From: Catajapyx aquilonaris
Lineage: Eukaryota
Assembly (NCBI GenBank): GCA_000934665.2
Contig: JYFJ02004178.1
Span: 1-34,115 of the forward strand
DNA: 34,115 nt
Reading direction: 5' to 3'
In this document: piece after piece, positions 1 through 26,435 of the stretch
Layout: each line of letters begins with the position of its first letter
How positions within the stretch are numbered: the stretch's first letter is position 1
Notes under the pieces: model-generated
Database searches by the model: none
Told to the model about the DNA's origin: nothing
What the model saw: only the letters and a program-made list of their open reading frames with translations
Position numbers and translations under genes: made by a program

Positions 1-369
1 AGTGCGATGGCCAAATCAGCGAATCTGCAACTCAACTCCTCCCAGAGTGCCCGAAGCAGTCAGTTCGGCAGACAGGACCACGGACAGGACTTCAGCTGGA
101 CTTCAGACAAGCTTCAGAGGAAAGAGCGCGTCCGAATCACTAGCACGCATTCGGACGCACCATCCTGCACAACCATTGCATCGAGGGTGGGTGATGCCCA
201 AGTTTATTAATTTTAAACCAATAAAATTAGTTACAGATTTACAGCCAGACCGATGGTACGATCCCATCAGGTGGAGATTGTTAGGTAATGAGGCCAAGGG
301 TCGTGGGCGGAAGTGGAGGGAGTGGAGTCTGGTGGGGAGAGTGGCGGAGGAGGAGGAGGAGGAGCAGTG

Positions 370-462
370 AAGTGTCGACAGAAGCAGCGGTGTTGGAACT
401 TCGGTCCGGGCGAGGCCGCAACTGGGGACAGTACATACTCTTCTGATCGGTGCAAGGTTCAG
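370..462 (+). other. Probable non-coding first exon (5' UTR) of alpha-spectrin; 5' boundary approximate
   Basis: Strong donor CAG|GTGAGT at 462/463 in a GC/CpG-rich region downstream of a GGA-repeat tract. Matching acceptor TTTTACAG ends at 1496, 8 nt before the ATG. Confidence 0.6.
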
Positions 463-1504
463 GTGAGTGTGTCATGCTGTGAACCGCATTTCCTGACAGT
501 TTCCAAGGCTGTTGGCATGGGCCGGAAAGACATTAAAATTCCGCATCATGGATCCGTAATGCGGGCGGCGGGGTTGCCATGTCGGCCGCACCCTATGGAG
601 GTGGGTGGGTGGGAGACAGGTAGAGGGGAAGCGGCAACGCAGCAAGGGCGGTGTCCGTCGCAAAAATAGATATGACTGTTTGATAGGAATCGAGGATGCC
701 CCGAGGTATTCCGTCATCGACCAGCCGACATTGAGGAGGAAGGATTTCGCAGGAGAGACCGGCACACTTTGGTGGTAAATTGGGGGTGCATAAGTGGGGC
801 ATGCTGTTGGGAATTAATGTTGGTGCCAGCTCGGATTCCTCTTTGCATATGGAAAGTCTTGACCAGGGTCTTGACGCGAGACAGCGCTTTTACTTAGGAA
901 AAGTTGATGGAAACTGAGGTGTACTAGACAAGTGCTCTGATCTGTCGCAAGTGGAATGCAGAAGGTGTATAGGTGTACATTTTCTAAAATTCTAATTGGT
1001 GGATGAGAAAACCCAAGTCGTAATATTTTCAAGGAAGTGAAATTATTTGACATCAAACAGTTTGGCGAAAGCAAAATACCCGTTGCGCTACATGAAAAGG
1101 CAGAATTTCAGCTCTTCACATATAACTTAAGGTGAATTCCCTGTTTTATGTGACACTAAATTTTGACTCTTTATTGTCAGAGTTGACTGCCATTAGATGC
1201 CTTGGTGGTGTAGGAGGGTTGCAGATAGGATTACTCAAGGGACCCACACATGACCTTCAATCCTGATTAAATCAAGTGGGCTACTCCCCCTTTAAGTAAC
1301 CTTAATGGGCTATGAGACAATACCAGAGGAGATAATAGGATGACACCAGCAATACTTAAGCAGTCCTATATAGCTACCTTTTATTTCCACCCCTTGTAAA
1401 AAGTTGCAAAAGTAGCCTATATTTTGAAAGTTAACATTACATGACCCCCACATATGATTAATTGTTGATTTTGATAGCAGCCTCTTTGTTTTACAGCATT
1501 TACA

Positions 1505-16909
<15,405 letters not shown>

Positions 16910-17567
16910 TTAACCTATTAGCATTTTAACCACATTCTAAGTAGTGCAGAATTCTTCAGAGGTAGCTTTGTGATGGTTTTCTCCTTTATTTTATTGCTCT
17001 CCAAGCTTTTAAAAACTTCCATTACTTTGCATTTTTTTGTCGAGGGTCATTTCAGTATTCCATTTTGCTTAGTTTATGGGGCAAGTGAAGAGATACTTAT
17101 GTTATGAATATTCAGGTTGCCTGACAAATATTGGTGTTGAAAAGTGGCATACATCACTGAAGCTTCCTCATTAAAAGCATATTGTGAAAGAAATAGATGT
17201 ATAAGAAGCACTGCTTTAATTAACAAAAATCTAGGTCTAAAAAATATACAGGATGCTTTCCATATACAATTTGCAATGCTTAAACCTACAAGGCAGTGGA
17301 GTTATTTCTAAACATTGAATACTTAGAGAGATCAAACAAAGCACTTCTGGTAAAAGTCAGCTGTACACTGAAAAACCTATTGTATCCTAATTCTATAAAG
17401 ATTTGCTTTCTCCATCCTTTTGTAGTTTCAGTACGCATTTTTAAATAACCTTGTACGTTGAAGCAATAATTGCTTCAACAGACCTCAGCAGTGTATGAAC
17501 TGATTTCAAAGACTGACACTACCCATGTTGAATTCAACACAGATAGCATCAGTGTTGGGAAATCAGT

Positions 17568-20500
17568 TCATACACTGCTGAGGTACGGGTGGTTGAGCAG
17601 GTCTTGCACAGACGCCCTGTCTCTTGGATTTCTCTGCAGGCACTTCTTCAGGACGTCTGTGACTTTCTCATTGGCGACTTGTGGGAAGCGGATGTTGTGC
17701 TTGGGGTCACATATGGCTTCGAGCTTCTGGTACGAGCTGGCCATCTTTTGAAATGGAAGTTCTCCATGAACCATTTGGTAAAGAATGCATCCCAGTGACC
17801 ACACATCTGACTTGACGCCAATCTGTCAAACAACATGGGGGTGAATAGTTACAATGAAGCGTTAATTAACTTCAGAATGTTAAAAACTAGTATTGCTGAT
17901 TGACACAGGATACGCCTTTTTGATCCAATCAGCATGAAAGTATTACATGAAACTATGAATAAACTACTACTTTCTACGGACACAAAAGGTGCTGTTGAGA
18001 AGATACATCTATTGTACACCTCTACTTATGAAAAATTACCTTGATGACTGGCCTGTTCTTCCCATTAGGATAGTAGCTCTGGATGGCTTCAGGACTCATA
18101 AAATTGAAGGTTCCCATCTGTGTCTCCTTCACTACACTGGTCATGTCCGCCTGGATTGCAGATGCAATGCCAAAATCAATAAGCTTGAGCTGTCCCTCAA
18201 CCAACAGAAAGTTGGCAGGCTTCAGATCCGAGTGGATAATGCCCTCTGAGTGTATGACTTGCACTGCCTGCAGCATCTGGGACCAGTAGTATGCCACCAT
18301 GGAAGGCTCGAGCTTGCCTTCCGACTTGCAAGTTCGCTTTATTAGGGTGGCCAAGTCTGTCTCTCCTCTCTCCATCACCAGTAGCATCAAGTCTGATGGC
18401 TTCTTCTCACTGGAAAAACCAAGTTATCTCTGGTCACTGGAATGTTGTGATGCAATCATTCCAATCATTATTATCGGTCGAGCATGCTCAAGTAGCAATT
18501 CCGGGAATGAATACTGCAAGGTACTGGGACCCTGTGAACATTATTCAGCATCACTAGTGCCCCATCTGACGTCTAGAGCCACTTACTGATCAAAGAGGCG
18601 GACAATCCTATTGCTGTGTTGGAGTCTGAGCAGAAGGTCAATCTCATTCTGAAACCCTTGTGCTACAGCCAGGTCGACACCCTCCAGGTCAACAACTTTG
18701 ATGACTCTGAGCGCCTTTGATTCCATGTCCAGCACCTGATACACCTTACTAGAGCCACCAGTGCCCACGAGACCTAGGCTGGTGTAGATTTTGTCCTTCA
18801 CCTCAAATGTCTTGCCTGCAACCTGGATTGGCTTCGGGGCTTGTTGGCGCTGAAGTTTTGGTTCTTCCACAGGCTTGTGAAATGGTTTTATAGGCATCGT
18901 TGGTTTGTTGGTCACTGGAACTCTTGGCAGGTATGGCCTAGGGCACCTCACGCTTTCAGAGCGGAACAGAGGGCGCTTGGCCTGGGGAACCAAGAGAGGC
19001 TTGGGCTTGTGCTCCTCTGGGTTTGACTGCATAGAAAATTCACATTTTCAGGTGGAGTGTTTCACAATAAAAGTCCACTGACTAATTTGGACATTACCAG
19101 TTGAACATGTAAAGTGGGTCTAGTCTAGCCTACCTGGTTTCAAATGAACATTAAATCGTACTTTGAAATGCAATCAAATGCCATTGAAAAGTGGGTATAA
19201 CAGGTGAAAAAATGTACTTGCAAGAATGAGGCTTTGCCCATCTCATGACACAAAAGACACAAACTTTGCTCAACAATTTACAGATAGGAAATTATTCTTA
19301 ACATGGCCTCTGATAGCCTGCAGGTATTACACTATAACTTGGCTATAAAAATCAGTAAACAACACCAGGAAAGAGAATGATCAACAGATCTGAACCACAT
19401 TAAATTTGTTGCAGCTAAAATGTTAATTTGCCATGTTTTACAACATCAAAATTGAATGTGGAGAACCTTTTGGGCTACCTGAAGTTGGAGAAATGACTTC
19501 CTAGAAAGATTTGCAAGTTTTTGGTCACGCTTTCTGAATATTGGCAGGTACGAAGCGCATCCAGAAAGTAGGTTCCGTTTCTTATTAGCAAAACTACGAT
19601 GCACCCACAGAAGTTGTATTACATACCTCCGAAAGCTTCAATTGTCTACTTTTTTCAACATAGGTTCCAGCCAAATTGAGGTTTGTCAGAGTTACACAAT
19701 ATGTATGCCTGTCATCTAGAAGTTTGCCGCCAGCCATTTCCCAGCTGGACTGCAACTCTTTGTCATCTTCAAACCTCTGCTTTGTATGCCATTTCTTCAT
19801 GTGCATGGACTGGTGGTAATATTGCTAGGCTCTAAATCCCGGTTCTAGGGTGATTGAACAATAATTTCTCACTTGAATTGTTGGGGCAGAGTTCCAGTGC
19901 AAAAGGCAGTAGGCAGGCGAGCATTGTAGCACAAGAAAAACACACCAGAACTCAAACTACCGTGACGTTTCTTTTGAATGGCTATCCTTAACTTCTGTAA
20001 TGTCTCACAATAAACTTTTGGCTTGAAAAAACGTAGCGGCATGTTGAGTTCTGGGGTGTTTTTCTTGTGCGACAATTCTCACCTGCCTACTGCCTTTTGC
20101 ACCTCGGAACTCTGCCCCAACAATTCAAGTGAAAATTGTTCAATCACGAATCACCCTCCTCAGAACCAGGATTTAGAGCCTAGCAATTACCACCAGTCCA
20201 TGCACTTGAAGAAATGGCATGCAAAGCAGAGGTTTGATGATGACGAAGAGTTATAGACCAGCGGGGAAATGGTTGGCAGCAAACTTCTATGACATAGGCA
20301 TACATAACCTTGTGTAACTCCGTGACAAATGACTCAATTTGGCTGGAACCCATGTTGAAAAACAGTTGAAGCTTTCAGAGGTATGTAATACAACTTCTGT
20401 GGGTGCATTATAGTTTTTCTAATAAAACACGGAACTTACTTTCTGGATGTGCCTCATATTATGCTTACCTGGCAGTTCTCCTTCCCGTCGCCACATTTGG

Positions 20501-20945
20501 TGGCAGATGGGAATAGCTGCTTGTTTACTTCTCGGCCAGAACATGGTGTCATGTCAACATCTAGTATGCGCGCATCACTTGGCTTCAGCAGAGTGGCTTT
20601 TGAAGTGCTCTGTCCCTTTCGAGGTGGGATCAGGGCTGGACTTGACACACTCCTGGTTAATTTTCCATCCGACAAAGTCGATGGCAGATTCCTGCTTGGT
20701 CCCACAGGTCCAGTCTCACTCTGGTTCTCACCCAGGAAGATGCCTGATTCTGATGATTCCCTCTCATGAGCTGCCTCCAGAAGCAATTCCTCTGTGTACT
20801 TCTTCTCGAGTTCTTCCAGCTGCCTCTGTTGCACACTCAAAGGTACCCTCCTTGGGGCAACAGTGAGCGTAAGGTGACGTCGAGCACGGAACGTTGGGAG
20901 TCTCAGCTTGAACTCGCCCATGTCTGCCGCGTTCTCTGATCCCAT
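17568..20945 (-). CDS. Mps1: Mps1/TTK dual-specificity spindle-checkpoint kinase, about 513 aa
   Basis: Exons 20945-20469, 19026-18587, 18409-18040, 17822-17568 (TGA), phases consistent. Motifs GTGGSSKVYQV, MERGETDL, HSDLKPANFLLVEGQLKLIDFGIA, GTFNFMSPE and KSDVWSLGCILYQMV are typical of Mps1/TTK. The ATG follows an acceptor (TATAG|G ATG), so upstream UTR exon(s) are likely. Confidence 0.93.
19551..20456. mobile_element. Mariner-derived foldback element (two inverted copies of the element's 3' portion), decayed
   Basis: TA at both ends (19549-50, 20457-58), TIR CGAAGCGCATCCAGAAAGTAGGTTCCG / CGGAACTTACTTTCTGGATGTGCCTCA. ~430-bp arms carry mariner transposase remnants on opposite strands (KKRHGSLSSGVFFL..NARLPTA; HPPQNQDLEPSNYH resembling HPPYSPDLAPSDY; QRFEDDKEL). 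Confidence 0.88.
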
Positions 20946-21289
20946 CCTATAAGATGATACAGGACGGTAGCAATAAACTGTGTAGGCAGTTGCTGTATAT
21001 TTAAGTTAGTGCACAGTCCTAGGGTGCAGTTCAACAGGTGGATTGTCTGTCCCACCAACCAATTTATAGCTCGCAGTGTGATGCATTCCTTTCCTTACTA
21101 CCCATTTCACCGATACTTTCCTCTTGGGCTGAGTTTGGGCAGTGTACTGTATAGGGCACAGGGCAGTGTTGCCCTCCGTACGTACTTTTCGTTCGTGCCG
21201 GTTCGTGGTCCGCAATGCAGTCTATGGCTGCAGCATCAGCGGCGACTGCGACTGGAGAACAGGGCCAGGATTGACCCTAATTATTATTA

Positions 21290-21710
21290 ACTTGTGGTAG
21301 AAAAGGACCAGAAAAGGTGCATTAAATTCCGGAAGAAGAGATAATACCGCTGACTGACACCTTGACGTTCACACAAAATAACCGTTGCCGTTGGAAAGAT
21401 CGGCGGAAGCGATTGGCTGCCACTTCTTTGAAAGGAAGGAGGTGCCAGGTGGAGGAAGAATGCAACATCAACATTTATTAATCATCATTAGGATGGATGT
21501 CATCTTAACGCTAAGTGGTCTGTGTTGTCAACAAACAATATTGAAATTTATTTTCAATAGAAGTTATTCTTCTTAATTTTCATCTGGCTATTGTGATCAA
21601 ACATGGCGGCCTCCTTTAGAAGAAGTTGATGCAGTTTCTTAGCAGAAGAGGGAGGCTCTACAACGTCTACACGTACTTGGCGAAGTGGACAGCCTGTAAA
21701 TCAGGACAAG
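21290..21710. promoter_or_regulatory. Bidirectional promoter region Mps1/SCFD2 including a probable SCFD2 non-coding first exon (~21600-21709)
   Basis: Divergent genes. CCAAT (ATTGG 21412-21416), CHR-like TTTGAA (~21427), YY1-like CAAACATGGCGGC (21598-21610), donor CAA|GTAAGC at 21709/21710 and acceptor TTAG ending 21934. Confidence 0.55.
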
Positions 21711-21935
21711 TAAGCTGTAGAATAGTGCAGACGTACTTTTTATGCCCACCTGCACTTACGTGGTTACTGTCCAGCACTCCAAATTGACCCTTAGAGATCT
21801 CATCCTGCATTGCACGCTGAAAAAAAGATTTCTTCGTTTTTGTGGAGGTTGGGAAATGTGGGTTCAAGGAAACGAGTTGTACATTTTAGATTAGAAATGT
21901 CCCATCTGCACCTTTCATTCTGTCTCTGTCTTAGG

Positions 21936-24900
21936 ATGTCCAGCAAGGTGACAGAGAGTTTCAACCACCACTGCTGGTCTCAAGTGTGGATGAGGGCGAA
22001 GAATGCTGTTGTCTTTGTTGATGCAGCTATGGCAGAATGTCTCCACTGGGCAGGAGGATTCCTCAAGGTGTTGGATGAGGGAGCTCTGGATGTCAAGGAG
22101 TTTGCTGCCTTTGAGGTGATCAAACGGTTCATAAGGCATTATCAGATGCTACCAAGAGCTCTTGATGCTACTAACGTCCTGCTACCAATATTTTCCTGCG
22201 GAACAACTCAAGACTTGCATAGAATTACGTTGTAACTAATTAAAACAACATTACATTACAGCATTATTCTATGCAAGTCTCCAGATAGGCCATAATGGGC
22301 AGGTTCCAGGCGAATCGAGATTCTGTTAACAACCAGATTTTACTGTATTTACTCTCAAGTTACTCAATGTAGTACCTGACAACTAGGGCGCTTTTTTCCA
22401 AATTGACTGACAGTTTCGTCACTGCTACTGTAGTAGAATTGACTGGAATATATCTTGCTCTTACTGCAGCAGCTCAGATGTTTGCAAGGGAATCATTTGC
22501 ACCAACCCTTTCCCCTTAAGGCGCATAAAATTACATGTTTGCAAAACTGTCTTCCTCACAAAAGAGTTTCGTACATTTATTATCTGCTTCATTATTTTTT
22601 GTCATTTTTCTTGCAGAGAGGAGGTGATGATCAGCACAAGGCTTTATTTCTGCTTTCAACCTGCATCCAGGGCCCAGTGTTCATGACTCTGCGGGATGTG
22701 GTCAAGTCAAGCAGCTTCAAGCATTGCATTGTCATGACTGCAGCCAGCACGTCCGTCCACCACTGGGCCAAGTTTGGTGGGAGGGCTGGAGAGGAATCAA
22801 TTGTGTTTGATGAATTAGAGACTCAACTCTTGCAGTGGATGGGCAGCATGGTTAGCTACATCATTTATTTTTTAAGGATCATTTTGAAAAAAAGTCCACA
22901 AATATATGTCCCTTCTAAGAAAGATGCTATTTTTTATGGACTGTACCCTGACTGTTAACTTATTCAATATGGGTGTTGTCATTGTGACTTGCAGAACTTC
23001 TTGACTGAGGTACTTCACTGCCCATTATTTGTGGCCAATGTTGGGTCACATCTGTTCGTCACACCTCCATTTGCAAAACTTTTTCCACCTATGGATTGTG
23101 ACCTGGAACGCATTGCTTCAATTCAGCGTGTGAAGCAGAAGGTTTGTGAGATTTACATTATTTAAGGGGGCCTTACAGTGAGGACTTAACCTTCCTTGGC
23201 AAATGTGATTTTAAACAGAGAGCAATTTTTGATATGGATTGAGAATTTGCTGTTGGTTGCTAAGGAAAACTTAAGTAAATAGTGAGCCCAAGCTCGCCAT
23301 TGCAATGACTTTATGATTAGAAACATCACATTGCCATTGAGTCAATTTTTGCAACCCGGTACAATGTTATATCTTATAAGTTTTGAAATGAGTTATTGGC
23401 AGATTTCAGATCGGAGGCCATTGGAATCACTGGCAGATGTGGATTATCTCTGCTTTTCACTTGAGCTACAGGTGGCAATCAAGCAGTTTGTGTCAGGTTT
23501 CAACCAACTTCTGGGTGCCATGAATGCACGAGAAGACATCTTTACATTGGGTCATCTTAGCCGCATTCTTGGCAGTGAATTGGAAGCTTATGCTGCTGCA
23601 AAGACACGTAGGAAGGTATCTGATGTTTATCTGTTACAGTGGGTTGGAGAGAGAAAGACAAAGTTATGATATGTGCCAGTCTGTGCCATTTCTCATTAGC
23701 AATTTGAAAAAAGGTTTTGATGGTATCAATGTACATTTCTATTACTTTTGACTATCCAGCTCTAGATTACGGAAAATCTACCAATTTGAACAGGGCAATC
23801 ATATCCACAAATGTAATATGAACATAACGTGGGCATAGAAGTGAAAATATACCAAGTCAAATTTGGACCCTTTTGAATAATTTACACCATTACACCTTTG
23901 GATTATCTCGAAGCAGGTTTTTTTGGAGTAAGTGGATTTGTCTTGTATGCCTACGACGTGTAGTACAAATATTGAAATCTGGATTACATTTGCTGTTCCC
24001 AATGCAAATTGCAGGCTCTTCTAAAACAAACATGAGCAAACCTTGATTTTACTACCATTTTTTGGCAACGGATTTCTAATATGACACTTGGTATGCCAAG
24101 TCCCCTAGTAGCAAGAGACATAAAATATGTCCCTTAGCTGTCAACAGAAAACATTATGGCCTGTTGTGGTCAGTTGAGAGCATCGTGTGAAGCCCAGTTG
24201 ATCTGAGTTGTATTAATTCCTTACTCCAACAGACGGCTGCTAACAAAGTGAGTGTCCTATTCATGGATCGTACTCTGGATCTGGTGACTCCAACCTCTCA
24301 CTTGGGAGACACCTTGATGGACAAGATGCAGTGTCTTCTCTCTCGCCTGCCTAACCATGCCAATGATGTTGCCATTGATATGTCCGTGCTCAGTGGACGA
24401 AAGTATGTTGACTGGAATGTTTTCCATAATGTTATGATTAAGATGATGTTCTGATTTTGAGACCTTGTGTTAAACTCAAGTTTATACACAGCAATGCAAA
24501 ATTGGCACATCTCTTGCTTTTAGGCCGGTCAAGAATGTACTAAGTAAGTGTAACAATAACCAAGGAAACAAAATTATACAACACCCATGAGATTAGGAGG
24601 ACAAAGGCAATCCTGCATGGGAGGTGACAATATCTGCCTTAGTGTTATGGTTATGATGAACATACAGTACACTCTACTCTGCCAGGAATAAATTCACATT
24701 CTTTCCTTGCATTGTATTAAAATTAAGTAGCCAAAAGATACATATGTAATAGCTTGTTACTAATCACGTGATATTTCCAGAGACATGGAAATGGATCCAA
24801 ATGTATTGGCTCCAGGCTGCTTGGCTCATCCAGAGAATTCCAAAGCTTGGTTACTTCTGGATTCCACAATAGTACAGAAACAGAAGGACTGTCTCCTGGA

Positions 24901-26398
24901 AATACATCGACAGCTTGTAACCTGTCAGCCTTCACAGGAGAAGAATAAGCCTGTCAGGCGAGTGTCACCTGAAGTGCTAGAGAGCCTTGCAAGTTCGTTT
25001 GCGACAGAACCTGACTTGATTGAAGCCAACTCTGGGCTGTTGGAGTTAGCTGTGGCAGCCTCTCAGACTTTAAAACATCCTGGAAAGTCCAAAATGGATC
25101 AGCTATTAGGGGTGGAAAAAGTTTTGGTGCAAAACCTTGGAATTGCTGAGGAGGAAGGGAGTGAAGGTCCTTCGGTGCTGCATCAAGTGTCACAGTTGGT
25201 CCTGAGTAGGCGAGAGAGGTGCCTGTCCCTGGAAGACCTGCTGGTTTTGTTGGTCCATGTTTACGGCCTTCTTGGGCAGGAAGGGAGGACTGACTTGGTG
25301 GAAGAGGGAAAGCTCAAGGGATTTCTAGCTGAAGCCATGATGGCTGACTTCCAAGTGCTTGGTCAAGATATCAAGGATATTAGTGAGCAACTTCCTACCC
25401 AAATGAACTGTATCATCAGTTCAAAAAGAATTGTCCCAGTCATCCTGATGTGTGTGCTGCCCGCTCGACACACACCATGTAACTTACATGGTGTGTGTCG
25501 AGCGGCCAGCCCACACGTCAGGATGACTGGGACAGTTCTTTTTGCACTGTTGATGCATAATGACTAAAAATTGCAGGGTTGAGTAATCTGCCTCATCATT
25601 ATTTTGCAGTTGGCTCACCAATAGATGAAATGACAGTGCACAGGGCAGTTGAGAAAGTGTTCCTCAAGCTACAATCTATTCGTGATGCTAGAGCAGGACT
25701 GAAGAAGTACAGGTAAAACTGCTTCGTGGCTGAGTATATTCATGTCCGTAGTATTAATGAGCATTTAATTCTGGAGGTCGATACTGAAGCCAGGTGGGTT
25801 TGGTCAACCAGCATCATCAACGGGAATCCTGGAACAGCTTATGGCTGATATTTTGCATCCAAATCGACCTGAACTGACTGATGTTGAATGCAGGTCAACA
25901 GGACTTAAGGACTTGCTTAAAACTGGATTCAGGTAAGTTCATGTCTTGCACTGGAGCGAGTAATTTACCGGTGCTTTGTTGACAATGTGAAATTGCATCA
26001 AAGAAAAAGTATTCTAACTGGAATATTTCTTTATGTCTATGGTACTACTTACAGGTACCTATGCAAGTTTCAACTCTCATTCAGTTTGGTTCGGAGCCCT
26101 CAGTACACTCTTTACTGATGCTGACTTGCAACAATATTTCTTAAAAGTAGGCTAAGTTCATAAAATGTGCCTATTTATTTCTAGCTTGTTCCTGAACGTA
26201 AGTCGCCCACATCCACTGGACAATCCAACCTTAATAATATATGTAATCGGTGGAATCACTGCTGGTGAAGTCTGCCATATAAAGGAGATGGTCAAGTCAA
26301 CAAGTACCAACGTGATTGTGGGTAGCACCAGGATGCTCAACCCTAATGACATGATTTCGCAAGTATTTGTGTTGGACCCACTGCAGGAGATAAGGTGA
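21936..26398 (+). CDS. SCFD2: Sec1 family domain-containing protein 2
   Basis: Exons 21936-22115, 22617-22850, 22995-23141, 23403-23615, 24233-24402, 24781-25382, 25610-25712, 25777-25932, 26185-26398 (TGA). N-terminal AVVFVDAAMAECLHWAGG, Sec1-like FMDRTLDL and C-terminal GLKDLLKTGFSLFLNVSRPHP...IYVIGGITAGEV match SCFD2. Confidence 0.92.
25417..25549. mobile_element. Palindromic MITE-like hairpin in an SCFD2 intron
   Basis: ~66-bp arms around a 1-nt loop: ...GTCCCAGTCATCCTGA...CCGCTCGACACACACCATGTAA C TTACATGGTGTGTGTCGAGCGG...TCAGGATGACTGGGAC... Confidence 0.65.
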
Positions 26399-26435
26399 CA
26401 ATCATAAACAGGTAGGTGGAAAACAGATTTATTAT

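Noticed and set aside
2..802. ORFs of 62-122 aa with poly-E, poly-G or poly-P runs
   Set aside because: They arise from the GGA repeat and GC-rich promoter/first intron; no recognisable protein similarity.
821..837. 16/17 match between TGGTGCCAGCTCGGATT and the minus strand at 29798-29814
   Set aside because: A few such matches are expected by chance in a 34-kb self-comparison, and the flanks do not align.
848..870. GGAAAGTCTTGA as RNase P/MRP conserved region I (insect RNase P RNA genes are intronic)
   Set aside because: No complementary CR-V/P4 partner found downstream in the intron.
19594..20256. Three short ORFs as a functional transposase
   Set aside because: Fragmented, frameshifted and missing the N-terminal half; catalytic motifs degenerate.
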